Shown piece by piece: positions 9,774 to 18,963 of a stretch of DNA of 55,503 nt (position 1 is its first letter; every line of letters starts with the position of its first letter). The notes below the pieces were generated by a model, which was not told the origin of the DNA, did no database searches, and worked only from the letters and a program-made list of their open reading frames with translations. Source of the DNA: an uncultured Chromatiaceae bacterium. Its GTDB lineage: Bacteria > Pseudomonadota > Gammaproteobacteria > Steroidobacterales > GCA-2729495. Location: assembly GCA_964522655.1 (NCBI GenBank), contig CAZFWB010000001.1, positions 1-55,503 on the forward strand, given 5' to 3'. The position numbers and the translations under genes were made by a program.

Positions 9774-11543
9774 TTATGTATACGGCGGCGGCGGGCGGGC
9801 AGTATAGCGCCGCCTTCGCCGGGCAGCGGCGGCGGCCAGCGCGGCCAGCGCCCAGCCGTCGAGCGAACTGCCGTTGCCGCTGCTGCGCAGTCCATCGTCG
9901 TCGGGCGAGGCAGGCGCTTCGCCGCCGTCGAGGGTGACCTGCACGGTATCGCTGGCGGTGGCGCCATCGGCATCGGTGACCGTCAGCATGAAGGTGGCAA
10001 TCTGCGCGCCGTAACCGGTGGCCGTTACGGTGGGCGTCGTACTCGCTGAATCATCGATGTCGACCGCGGGCCCGTCGATCTGCGTCCACTGGTAACCGGC
10101 GACGGCCCCGGCCGGGTCGTCGATGTCGTAACTCGCGCTGCCGTCGAGGCCGGCGCTCGCCGCGCCCGAGACCACGTCGGCGCCGGCGCGCGCGTAAGGC
10201 GGATAGTTCCCGGCGATGGCCTGCGGGAAGGCGATGCCGGTGGTGAACTGGTCGGTGTCCGGCACGCGCGCTCGGAGCCAGTCGAGCGTCGTCGCGATGA
10301 GTTCGCGCTCGATGCCCACGAAGCTGTGGGCGTTGCCGCCGAAGAAGGCAGGGTCGAACACCGTGTCCGGATATGGGAGCACCGTGTAAGTCGCATCGAC
10401 GCCGGCGGCTGCCGCGGCGTCGCGCACGGCGACGGACCACTGGTGCAACGTGAACAGATCGCCCTGGGCGCGCAGCAGCAGAACCGGCACGGGCGACCCT
10501 GTGATTTCCCTGACCGGGACCGCCAGCGTGTCCGGGCCGTAGTAGCTGAGCCAGCTGCGCGGCGAGCGGAAGACCTGCTGGCCGAAGGCTGTGTCCCAGC
10601 CGATGACCGTGTTTGCCTCCGTTTCGCCCTGGCTGACCAGCTGCCCGGCCAGTGCCACGTGGGCGTCGTAAAAGCCGGCAAAGACCACGTTCTCCGCCGA
10701 GATGCGCGCGTCACTGATGGTGCCGTACAGACCCACGCCGACCAGCCGGCTGTCCGGTACGTAACCCGGGTATACGCCGGCATTGGTCGTGCCCTGGCTG
10801 TGGCCGCCGATGAACACCTGGTCGAACCCGAGCTGCTCGAGGAAGTCCATGCCCACGCCGAGGTCCCGTGTGGCGTCCTCGAACAGCGTGTTGCCGCCGC
10901 CGGCGTCCGGACCCCAGTCGCGGCGGTTGAGCGCCAGCACGGTGAAACCGCGTATCGCTCCGTAGAGACCGGCCAGGCGCGGCACGCCGACCGCGTAACT
11001 GCCCAGGGCCCCGTGTCTGTGAAGCATCGCGACGCGCCGCGTACCGCTGGCAGCCTGCCCGCCGGTCGGCACATAGAGTTCGCCCGCCAGCGGCGTACCA
11101 TCAGCGGCGCGCAAGGTGAGGAACACCACCTCGACGTCCATGCCGGACGGCGCTTCGCAGTCCCGGTCGGCCGAATCAATGCCGGCGCCGCCGTCGCAGC
11201 TGTCGACGCCCGCGCCGGACTGGTGGACGTCGTCGCCCGCCCCGCCGGAGAGCGCGTCGTCGCCGTCGCCGCCGATCAGCGTGTCATCGCCATCGCTGCC
11301 GGCCAGCACGTCGTTGCCGTCGCCGCCGCAGATGAAATCGTTGCCGCCCCCGCCGTCGATCTGATCGGCACCGCCGCCGCCGAAAATGACGTCGTCGCCC
11401 GGGGTGCCGACGATGGCATCGTCGCCATCAGTGCCGGCCGGCATGGTGAGTAAGCGCCCGTCGCAGGTTGGCGCCTGCGCCAGGCCTTCCGCTGCCCACA
11501 GCGCGCTCAGGCTCAATACCGCCAGTTCGATGATGCGGCGCAT
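9774..11543 (-). CDS. Secreted alpha/beta-hydrolase with N-terminal Ca-binding GGxGxD repeats, a PKD-like domain and a GlyGly-CTERM-like tail
   Basis: Signal peptide; tandem GGxGxD nonapeptides; GHSQG nucleophile elbow; LDGSASYD..YQWTQ..F.LTVTD PKD pattern; SSGNGSS-hydrophobic-RRRRR tail. Confidence 0.78.
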   Translation of the reverse strand: MRRIIELAVLSLSALWAAEGLAQAPTCDGRLLTMPAGTDGDDAIVGTPGDDVIFGGGGADQIDGGGGNDFICGGDGNDVLAGSDGDDTLIGGDGDDALSGGAGDDVHQSGAGVDSCDGGAGIDSADRDCEAPSGMDVEVVFLTLRAADGTPLAGELYVPTGGQAASGTRRVAMLHRHGALGSYAVGVPRLAGLYGAIRGFTVLALNRRDWGPDAGGGNTLFEDATRDLGVGMDFLEQLGFDQVFIGGHSQGTTNAGVYPGYVPDSRLVGVGLYGTISDARISAENVVFAGFYDAHVALAGQLVSQGETEANTVIGWDTAFGQQVFRSPRSWLSYYGPDTLAVPVREITGSPVPVLLLRAQGDLFTLHQWSVAVRDAAAAAGVDATYTVLPYPDTVFDPAFFGGNAHSFVGIERELIATTLDWLRARVPDTDQFTTGIAFPQAIAGNYPPYARAGADVVSGAASAGLDGSASYDIDDPAGAVAGYQWTQIDGPAVDIDDSASTTPTVTATGYGAQIATFMLTVTDADGATASDTVQVTLDGGEAPASPDDDGLRSSGNGSSLDGWALAALAAAAARRRRRYTARPPPPYT

Positions 11544-11693
11544 GGCGCAGCCCCCCGTTCGCGATGACTTGCGGCGCGTAGCCGTCCGGCTACCGGCAAT
11601 CCAGTCCTCGGTAACTTGAATGCGGGCCGGATGCGGTGTCAATCCGCCGTCATCGGTTCAGGTGGCCCAGCCGCTCGTCGCGGGATCGGGCCG

Positions 11694-11736
11694 CTGACGT
11701 GGATCAAGATGGCCCGCCCCCGCCGCAGCCTAAACT
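11694..11736 (+). promoter_or_regulatory. FNR/Anr-like box plus -10 element (class II promoter geometry) upstream of Rieske oxygenase 1
   Basis: CTGAC-GTGG-ATCAA at 11694-11707 versus consensus TTGAT-N4-ATCAA; TAAACT at 11731-11736 puts the box centre near -42. Confidence 0.6.
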
Positions 11737-11812
11737 CGCTGGACAAAGGGCGAATTCCTGCGCGCGTCGTTTCTCGCGCGCCGCCCACGCAGTGGTCAGC
11801 GGAGGATGTCCC

Positions 11813-12961
11813 GTGTACATCAATTTCTGGTACGTCGCGGCGCGTAGCGGGGAGATCACCTTCGGCGCGGACAGGCCGCTCAAGGTGCAGATGCTCGGAC
11901 ATCATTTTGCGCTCTGGCGTGACCAGCAGGGCCGGGTGCAGTGCATCAGCGACACCTGCAGCCACCGCGGCGGCGCGCTCGGTGACGGCCGCGTGCGTGG
12001 CGACTGCGTCGAGTGTCCGTACCACGGCTGGACTTTCAACGGCGCGGGCGACTGCGTGCGCCTGCCCTCGCTCGGTCCGGACGCGAGCATTCCGGAGCGC
12101 ACCCGCGTCGACGCCTATCCGGTCGAGGAGAAATACGGCCTGGTTCACGTGTTCCTCGGCGATCTTCCGGAAGAGCAGCGGCCTGCGATCCTCGACATAC
12201 CCGAGTACGGCGACGCGGCGTGGCGTTTCATCACGCTCACGCTCGAGTGGAAGATCGACTACAAGCGCGCGCTCGAGAACACGATAGACCCGGGACATAA
12301 CGAGTTTACCCATCCCACCCACGGCTTCCTCGGCATGAAAGAGGACTATCACGTCGAGGACATTCAGCTGCACGACCAGCCCTGGGGCACGGGTTTCATC
12401 AACCGCATGCACGCCCCGACGCTCGCGCAGCGGGACATGAACGAAGCCGCGGGCCGCACCGGCGACAAGTGGATCGAGGGCGGCGCCGGGACGCACGGCC
12501 CGCATTGCACCTGGACCTACATTCATCCGTCCGACCGGGCTCACATGCACGGCTTCGCCTTCCACACCCCGATCCACGAAAAGCTCGACCGCATTTACGT
12601 GCTGTTCGGCCGCAATTTCCTCGCCGATCCGAAGTACGACCAGACCTTCGAGAACCGCGCCGTGTTCATCGCCGAGCAGGACCGCTACGTGCTCGAGCCG
12701 GTGCATCCGAAGCTCACGCCGCATCACAACCGCAACGAGTTCCTCGTCCCGGCGGACAAGTGCGTCGGCCGCTACCGCGATTACTGTCGCGAATGGGAGC
12801 AGCGCGGCTGGCGTCTCGACGTGGCGAAGATTCGCGCTGAGTACGACACTACCGCCTACGCGATCCCGAGCCCCGCCAGGCAGCACCACAAGGGCTGGGT
12901 CCTGCCGCCCGTGCCGCTGCTCGCGGCCTCGCCCGCAGCCACTGCGGCGAAAAAGGCCTGA
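11813..12961 (+). CDS. Rieske non-heme iron oxygenase, alpha subunit (VanA-like), copy 1
   Basis: CSHRG...CPYHGW Rieske motif; ENTIDPGHNEFTH iron motif; EQD; GGAGG RBS before GTG 11813. Confidence 0.92.
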   Translation: MYINFWYVAARSGEITFGADRPLKVQMLGHHFALWRDQQGRVQCISDTCSHRGGALGDGRVRGDCVECPYHGWTFNGAGDCVRLPSLGPDASIPERTRVDAYPVEEKYGLVHVFLGDLPEEQRPAILDIPEYGDAAWRFITLTLEWKIDYKRALENTIDPGHNEFTHPTHGFLGMKEDYHVEDIQLHDQPWGTGFINRMHAPTLAQRDMNEAAGRTGDKWIEGGAGTHGPHCTWTYIHPSDRAHMHGFAFHTPIHEKLDRIYVLFGRNFLADPKYDQTFENRAVFIAEQDRYVLEPVHPKLTPHHNRNEFLVPADKCVGRYRDYCREWEQRGWRLDVAKIRAEYDTTAYAIPSPARQHHKGWVLPPVPLLAASPAATAAKKA

Positions 12962-13126
12962 CACCAGCCGTCCCGGCGCGGTCATCCCTGCCCGGCCGTG
13001 GTTTTTTGCCACGGGACGAGGCGGGGTGCACTTGGTATCATCCAACGGTTATTGCCGCGGGACGGCGGCCTTGCCGGTCCCGTCGGGTCAGGGGCAAAAA
13101 ACGCAGAATCAAGGGGGAACGCCCGG

Positions 13127-14365
13127 ATGAACACAACTTGCATGCAACGGCTGCTGGCGCCGGCAATCGTCCTGTCGATGGCCCTCGCGGCCGGCTGTTC
13201 GGAGCCCGCGAGCCCGCCGACGCAGACCGCGGCCGAAACGACGGCAGCCGCGCCTGACGTTACCTCTCAGGCGAGCCCCGACACGGCGGCGCCGGCGGAC
13301 TGGGCCGGCAAGGAACTGCCGGTGCGCCGGATCCCGAACGTGCCGGAGAACGCCGAGGCGTATTACGCGCCGGACAACCTGCACGTCATCGCGCAGACCC
13401 AGGACCCGGCCGCGCAGGATCCGGGCGAGGGCAAGGCGGGCGGTGCGCTCACCTACACCTTCACCGACACGGGCGAGGAGATTACCCGCATCAACGACCG
13501 CGGCCAGGACGCCTGCTCGTGGTTCTTCCCGGATGGCCAGCGCATCGTGTTCACCTCCACGCGCGACAACATGGACATGCCGCTTGGCGACTGGTCGGAC
13601 GAGACGAAATATCCACAGGGTGCCGAGCTCTATATCTCCGACCTCAAGGGCGGCAATCTCAAGCGACTGACCAACAACAAGTACTACGAGGCCGAGGTGA
13701 CGGCCTCGAACGACGGCCAGTGGCTGTTCTTCGGCCGCCAGATCGACGGCAAGATGGACATCTGGAAGATCCGGGTGGATGGCACTGACGAGCAGCAGCT
13801 CACCTTCACCGACGACTGGCAGGAAGGCGCACCGTATCCGACGCCGGATGGCGAGCACGTGATCTTCCGCGCCTGGAAGCGCAGCGTGCTGCTCGCGAAC
13901 AACAAGCTCCGCGAGGAGACCGGTGAGCGCCGCCAGACGCCGATGACGATCTTCACGATGAAGACCGACGGTACGGACGTGCAGCCGCGCACCTTCACCA
14001 ACGACATGAACTGGGCGCCGTTCATCGCGCCTGACGGGCGCCACTTCTTCTACGTGCGCATCTTCGAGAACAACAACTGGGAGATCGTCATGAACGATCT
14101 CGCGGGCGGCGAGCCCGTGCGCATCACCTGGAATGCGACGTTCGACGGCTTTCCGGCCATTTCGCCGAATGGCAGGAAGATGCTGTTCGGACGCAGTACC
14201 GGCGAGCGATTCATGTCCGGCATCTACACCCACGTGATGGACATCTCGTCGCTGAACGTGGGCCCGGAGAACTTCAAGGGCAGCATACCGCCGCGCGCCG
14301 CGCGGCCGGCAGGCTGGGTCGAGGATCCCGGACTGGCCGACTACGGCGACCGGCTCGGCACCTGA
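13127..14365 (+). CDS. TolB-like PD40 beta-propeller lipoprotein, copy 1
   Basis: AAGC lipobox-like signal; repeated F/S-PDG-x-x-I-V-F and LT..YY.EA blades. Confidence 0.8.
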   Translation: MNTTCMQRLLAPAIVLSMALAAGCSEPASPPTQTAAETTAAAPDVTSQASPDTAAPADWAGKELPVRRIPNVPENAEAYYAPDNLHVIAQTQDPAAQDPGEGKAGGALTYTFTDTGEEITRINDRGQDACSWFFPDGQRIVFTSTRDNMDMPLGDWSDETKYPQGAELYISDLKGGNLKRLTNNKYYEAEVTASNDGQWLFFGRQIDGKMDIWKIRVDGTDEQQLTFTDDWQEGAPYPTPDGEHVIFRAWKRSVLLANNKLREETGERRQTPMTIFTMKTDGTDVQPRTFTNDMNWAPFIAPDGRHFFYVRIFENNNWEIVMNDLAGGEPVRITWNATFDGFPAISPNGRKMLFGRSTGERFMSGIYTHVMDISSLNVGPENFKGSIPPRAARPAGWVEDPGLADYGDRLGT

Positions 14366-14404
14366 GGCACGAAGGGGTCCGGCCGGCGCGAGGAGGGGTG
14401 TCAC

Positions 14405-15556
14405 ATGTTCATCAACTTCTGGTACGCGGCGGAGTGGGGCCATAAGCTGGGGTCCGACCCGCTCAAGGTCCGGATGCTCGGCCAGGACTTCGTGTTGTTC
14501 CGCGATTCGACGGGCCGCGCGCACTGTCTCGCCAATGTCTGCATCCACCGCGGCGGCTCGCTCGCCGGCGGGCTGGTCAGGCGCGACCGCATCCAGTGTC
14601 CTTACCACGGCTGGCAGTTCGATGGCACCGGCAGGTGCCTGAAGATTCCGTCCCTGGGCCCGCAGGGGCAGGGGCGCATACCGGGCCGCGCGCGGGTGGA
14701 CAGCTATCCCGTCGAGGAAAAATACGGCCTGATCCACGTCTTTCTCGGCGACCTGCCCGAGGATGAGCGCCCCGGGATCATGGAGATCCCCGAGTACGGC
14801 CAGCCGGGCTGGTACGCCCATTGCGAGGACAGCGTCAGCGAGGGCGATTTCCGCCGCTCGGTCGAGAACGCGCTGGATCCCGCCCACAACGAGTACGTCC
14901 ATCCGACCCACGGGTTCTCCGGGGAACGGGATGACTACTTCGTGCCGGAGCTCAAGGTCGAGGACCGGCCCTGGGGCAGTGGTTTCATCACCACTTACTA
15001 TGCGCCACCGCTCAAGGACGAGACGATGAAGAAGGCCACCGGGCGCGCGGAGAATGCCGTGATCGAGGCGGGAACGTTCCACCACGGCCCGACCAACTTC
15101 ATCACTTACATCCACCCGACGGGCCAGAGTTTCATCCACCAGAATGCGTTCAAGACGCCGATCGACGGGTATCACCAGAAAAATTTCCTGGTCCAGACGC
15201 GCAACTTCCTGGTCGGGCCGGAGCACAACGCGCGCTTTGCCGAGCGCAATGCGGTGGTGCGCAACCAGGACATCGTCGTGCTGCGTGACGTCGAGCCGCG
15301 ACTGGCGCCGGAGACGAATCAGCACGAACTGCTGATGCCTGCGGACAAGGGCGTGGCGCACTACCGCGAGAAGCTCCAGGCGTGGGAGGCGTGCGGCTGG
15401 CGCATCGATGAGTCAAAGGTGCAGGCAGGCCGGGCGAAGACCGCCTACGTGATTCCGAGCCCCGGGCGCCGCGCGGACCCGAAGGGCTGGGTGCTGGAGG
15501 CGGTGCCGCTGATGCCCGCGCGACAAGCTGTTGCCGCAGCATCGGCCGCAAGCTGA
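14405..15556 (+). CDS. Rieske non-heme iron oxygenase, alpha subunit (VanA-like), copy 2
   Basis: CIHRG...CPYHGW; ENALDPAHNEYVH; NQD; GAGGAGG RBS; clear paralog of 11813-12961. Confidence 0.92.
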   Translation: MFINFWYAAEWGHKLGSDPLKVRMLGQDFVLFRDSTGRAHCLANVCIHRGGSLAGGLVRRDRIQCPYHGWQFDGTGRCLKIPSLGPQGQGRIPGRARVDSYPVEEKYGLIHVFLGDLPEDERPGIMEIPEYGQPGWYAHCEDSVSEGDFRRSVENALDPAHNEYVHPTHGFSGERDDYFVPELKVEDRPWGSGFITTYYAPPLKDETMKKATGRAENAVIEAGTFHHGPTNFITYIHPTGQSFIHQNAFKTPIDGYHQKNFLVQTRNFLVGPEHNARFAERNAVVRNQDIVVLRDVEPRLAPETNQHELLMPADKGVAHYREKLQAWEACGWRIDESKVQAGRAKTAYVIPSPGRRADPKGWVLEAVPLMPARQAVAAASAAS

Positions 15557-15645
15557 GAGCCAAGAGAAGAATTGCCGGTTTTATTTTCGCGAACCAATCC
15601 GGCGCCCTGTGCCGCCCGGCCCGATCAACGAGGAGGAAAACACCG

Positions 15646-16734
15646 ATGCCTGCTGTGTGGCGAGTTCTGTTCGGGGCCGGCCTGGCCGCTCTTGTCTCCC
15701 TGAGCGTCGGCGCGGCCGAGCCTGCTGCCGAAGGCCGGGAGCTGCCGTCCTACGAGGTGCCGATCGAGCCGGATGCCGCAGAGGCCTACTGGTCGCCGGA
15801 CTCGCGTTACCTCATCGCCCAGACGCGCGACCCCGACGCGATCAAGAGCGCTCGCGGCGGCTACGGCGCGCTCACCTGGATTTTCTCCGCCGACGGCAAG
15901 GAGATCTGGCGCGTCAACGATCGCGGCCAGGACGCGTGTTCGTTCTTCTTTCCCGACGGTCAGCGCATCGTCTGGACCTCCACGCGGGACAATATGGACA
16001 TGCCGGTCGGCGACTGGTCGGACTCGGACAACTATCCGCAGGGTGGCGAACTGTACGTCTCAGACCTGAAGGGCAAGAACGTCCGGCGCATGACCAACAA
16101 CAAGTACTACGAGGCCGAGGTCTCCGTCTCGCCGGACGGGCAGTGGATCACCTTCGGGCGCCAGATCGACGGCAAGATGGACATCTGGGTGATGGCCGCG
16201 GACGGCTCGAGAGAGTGGCAGGTCACGAAGACCGACGACTGGCAGGAGGGCGCGCCGTTCTTCATGCCGGACAACGACCACATCATCTTCCGCGCCTGGA
16301 AGAAGGCCGACTACAAGGTCGTCAGGCCTACGCCCATGACCATCTTCACTATCCGCAAGGACGGCTCCGACTGGCGGCGTCACACCTATGACAACGGCAT
16401 GAACTGGCACCCGACGCCGGCGCCCGACGGCCGTCACTACGTGTACGTGAAGGCGCTGTCGGAAACCAACTGGGAGATCTACCTCGGGGATCTCGCCGGC
16501 GACGAGCACCGGCGCCTGACGTACTACGACAAGCTGGACATCCTTGCCCACATCTCGCCCGACGGGAAAAAAATGAACTGGGGCCGCGCCACCGGGGCGC
16601 AGTTCATGAGCAACATCCGCACCTTCGTGATGGACGTCTCCTCGCTCGATCTCGGTCCGGAACGGCGCGTGCCCTGGGATCCCGAGTGGGGCACCCCGAT
16701 GGTGACCTCCAGCCAGCCGGCAGCGCGCCGCTGA
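15646..16734 (+). CDS. TolB-like PD40 beta-propeller periplasmic protein, copy 2
   Basis: Sec signal; WSPDS/SPDG blades; GAGGAGG RBS; paralog of 13127-14365. Confidence 0.8.
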   Translation: MPAVWRVLFGAGLAALVSLSVGAAEPAAEGRELPSYEVPIEPDAAEAYWSPDSRYLIAQTRDPDAIKSARGGYGALTWIFSADGKEIWRVNDRGQDACSFFFPDGQRIVWTSTRDNMDMPVGDWSDSDNYPQGGELYVSDLKGKNVRRMTNNKYYEAEVSVSPDGQWITFGRQIDGKMDIWVMAADGSREWQVTKTDDWQEGAPFFMPDNDHIIFRAWKKADYKVVRPTPMTIFTIRKDGSDWRRHTYDNGMNWHPTPAPDGRHYVYVKALSETNWEIYLGDLAGDEHRRLTYYDKLDILAHISPDGKKMNWGRATGAQFMSNIRTFVMDVSSLDLGPERRVPWDPEWGTPMVTSSQPAARR

Positions 16735-16750
16735 GTCCGGGGACGCCGGT

Positions 16751-18337
16751 TTGAGGAAACCGGGCGCGCGCACCGTCGCGTTGCTCGCGGCCTGCTGTGC
16801 CGCGCTTGCGTGCGCAGGGCTCTGGGCCGCTCCGCCGGTGATCCTGCGCTCGGGCCTCGTCGCCGACCCGCCGACCCTCGACCCGCAGCTCGCCTCGGGC
16901 ACCGTGTTCTCCGGGGTCGTGGTTGATCTGTTCACCGGCCTGGTCACGCGCGACGCCGCGTCGAAGCCCGCGCCGGGCTGCGCCGAGAGCTGGACGGTCA
17001 GCGATGACCGGCTGACCTGGACGTTCCGTCTGCGTCCCGGCCTGGTGTGGTCGGATGGCGCGCGTCTCGACGCCTCGGATTTCGTCTTTGCCTTCCGCCG
17101 GCTCATGAATCCGCAGACCGCCTCGCCGCTGGCGGGCCAGTTCTTCGCCATTCGCGGCAGCCGCGAGGTCTTCGCGGGCAAATTGCCGGCGGAGCAGCTC
17201 GGCGTGGAGGCGCCCGACCCGTCCACGGTGGTCGTGCGCCTCACGCAGCCGGTGCCGTATTTCCTCGATCTGCTGACCATACTGTCGGTGGCGCCGCTGC
17301 CGCGGCACGCCATCGAGCAACACGGCGCCGACTGGCTGAAGCCGGGCAACCTGGTCGGCAACGGCGCGTATCGACTCGTCGAACGGGTGCCGCAGTCCTA
17401 CCTGCGCCTCGCCCGGAATCCGAACTTCTACGACGCGGGCTCGGTGCGCATCGACGAGGTGTACTGGCATCCGACGCCGAACTTGGACACGGCGCTGCAA
17501 CGCTATCGCGCGGGCGAGCTCGACATGATCCAGAGCTTCGCGCCGGACAGGCTCGACTGGGTGCTGGAGAACATGCCCGAGGCGCTGCACATCGTGGCGC
17601 AGACGGCGACCAATTTCGTGGCGCTGAACCTGCGGCGCAAGCCGCTCGACGATCTGCGCGTGCGCAAGGCTCTTTTCCTGGCAATCGACCGCGAGGGCAT
17701 CGCCGGCAAGGTGCTCGGTGCGGGCACGCGGCCCGCCTGGAGCTACATCGGGCCGGCGTTCGAGGGCTATCCGTCGAACACGCTCGCCGAGCAGTCGATG
17801 CCGCTGGAGGCGCGCCGCGAACTCGCGCGCGGACTGCTGGCCGAGGCCGGCTTCGGGCCGGACAATCCGCTCAGGCTCACCTACACCTTCGATTCGCAGG
17901 AGGAGAACCGCCGGGTATTCGTGGCGGTGGCGAGCAACTGGCAGGTGATCGGCGTGCTGGCCGAGTCCGATGCGCTCGATACCGGCAGGTTCTTCCAGAA
18001 ATTGCGCAACCGGGATTTCGTCGTGGCGCGCATGGCCCAGTTTGCCGCTTACGGCGATCCCTACGGCCTCTTGCAGCCGCTGTCGAGCCAGGCGCCGAAC
18101 AACTGGGCCGGCTACGCCAACCCGGCCTTCGACGAGCTGCTCCGCGAGTCGGACTTCGCCGCCGACGAGGGTGAGCGCCTGCGGCTCATGGCCCGCGCCG
18201 AGCAGGTGCTATTGGCCGATTTCCCGATGGTGACCCTGTATCACCAGGCCACGCGCCGGTTGATCTCGCCGCGCGTGAAGGGGTGGGTGGACACGCCGCG
18301 CGGCACGACCCCCACGCGCTTTTTGTGGATGGAATGA
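16751..18337 (+). CDS. Peptide ABC transporter substrate-binding protein (OppA-like, family 5)
   Basis: PPTLDP, AESWTVSDD.LTWTFRLR, WSDG, NGAY, RVRKAL..AIDR and Y.NPAFD motifs. Confidence 0.9.
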   Translation: MRKPGARTVALLAACCAALACAGLWAAPPVILRSGLVADPPTLDPQLASGTVFSGVVVDLFTGLVTRDAASKPAPGCAESWTVSDDRLTWTFRLRPGLVWSDGARLDASDFVFAFRRLMNPQTASPLAGQFFAIRGSREVFAGKLPAEQLGVEAPDPSTVVVRLTQPVPYFLDLLTILSVAPLPRHAIEQHGADWLKPGNLVGNGAYRLVERVPQSYLRLARNPNFYDAGSVRIDEVYWHPTPNLDTALQRYRAGELDMIQSFAPDRLDWVLENMPEALHIVAQTATNFVALNLRRKPLDDLRVRKALFLAIDREGIAGKVLGAGTRPAWSYIGPAFEGYPSNTLAEQSMPLEARRELARGLLAEAGFGPDNPLRLTYTFDSQEENRRVFVAVASNWQVIGVLAESDALDTGRFFQKLRNRDFVVARMAQFAAYGDPYGLLQPLSSQAPNNWAGYANPAFDELLRESDFAADEGERLRLMARAEQVLLADFPMVTLYHQATRRLISPRVKGWVDTPRGTTPTRFLWME

Positions 18338-18344
18338 GTTTGCG

Positions 18345-18884
18345 CTACCAGGTGCGAACGCGGCCGGTGTCGAGGTGCACGAAGTCGGACTCCGGATAGT
18401 AGCCGACGCCACCGCGGCGCATGGCGATCGCCGCGCCCCGCAGCGATCGTGTCGGCACGCCGGTGAGACGGACGTCGATCGCCTGTCCGGTCAGGTGCAG
18501 GCTTTTCTGCGCGACGCCGCCCGAGCGGTGGCGCAGCATCTCGTTGGTCAGCGGCGAGCGAAACCCGGAGATGACCTCGAAGGGCCCCCGGCCTCCGGTC
18601 AACTCGCGCACGCCGTGCAGCACGTCGAGCAGCCGCGGGTCGATCCGATGCACCTCGCCGCTGCGAAAGTCGCGCAGCAAGTGATCGATCTCCTCGAGCG
18701 CCTGCGGCAGGTAGGTGCCGCCCTCCGCGTAGACCACGTGGAGTTTTTCGCTAGTATGTGTGTGATAGAAATCGAGCCGTCGCGCGCCGTCAGCGCGTGC
18801 CAGCAGTGGCGCGGGAACGAATGCCAGCGGAATCAGTGCGCCTGCAGCCCGAAGCAGGCTGCGGCGGCTGTGTCGGTTGTCCAA
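18345..18884 (-). CDS. mepK: Peptidase M15 YcbK/MepK (DUF882), Tat signal
   Basis: SRRSLL Tat motif; SGFRS..TN, SLH..GQAID, GVGYYP and FVHLDTG; TTG at 18884 after GGGAGG. Confidence 0.88.
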   Translation of the reverse strand: MDNRHSRRSLLRAAGALIPLAFVPAPLLARADGARRLDFYHTHTSEKLHVVYAEGGTYLPQALEEIDHLLRDFRSGEVHRIDPRLLDVLHGVRELTGGRGPFEVISGFRSPLTNEMLRHRSGGVAQKSLHLTGQAIDVRLTGVPTRSLRGAAIAMRRGGVGYYPESDFVHLDTGRVRTW

Positions 18885-18963
18885 GCGGGCCTCCCGAGCG
18901 TGTGCTTTTTTTCTGGTTCTTGTCGAAACAGGGCAATTCTTGCAGAGGCCGCGGAATCGGGCA

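Noticed and set aside
11200-11440. Repetitive DNA resembling an array
   Set aside because: Explained by coding GGxGxD repeats; no repeat-spacer structure, so not CRISPR
12969-13085. Alternative hairpins or riboswitch between Rieske1 and propeller1
   Set aside because: Short GC-rich stems are expected by chance; no known aptamer signature recognised
13109-15361. 750-aa antisense ORF, and similar long ORFs such as 32386-34773, 42562-44562 and 18790-20325
   Set aside because: They lie opposite well-supported genes, carry no motifs, and are expected in high-GC DNA
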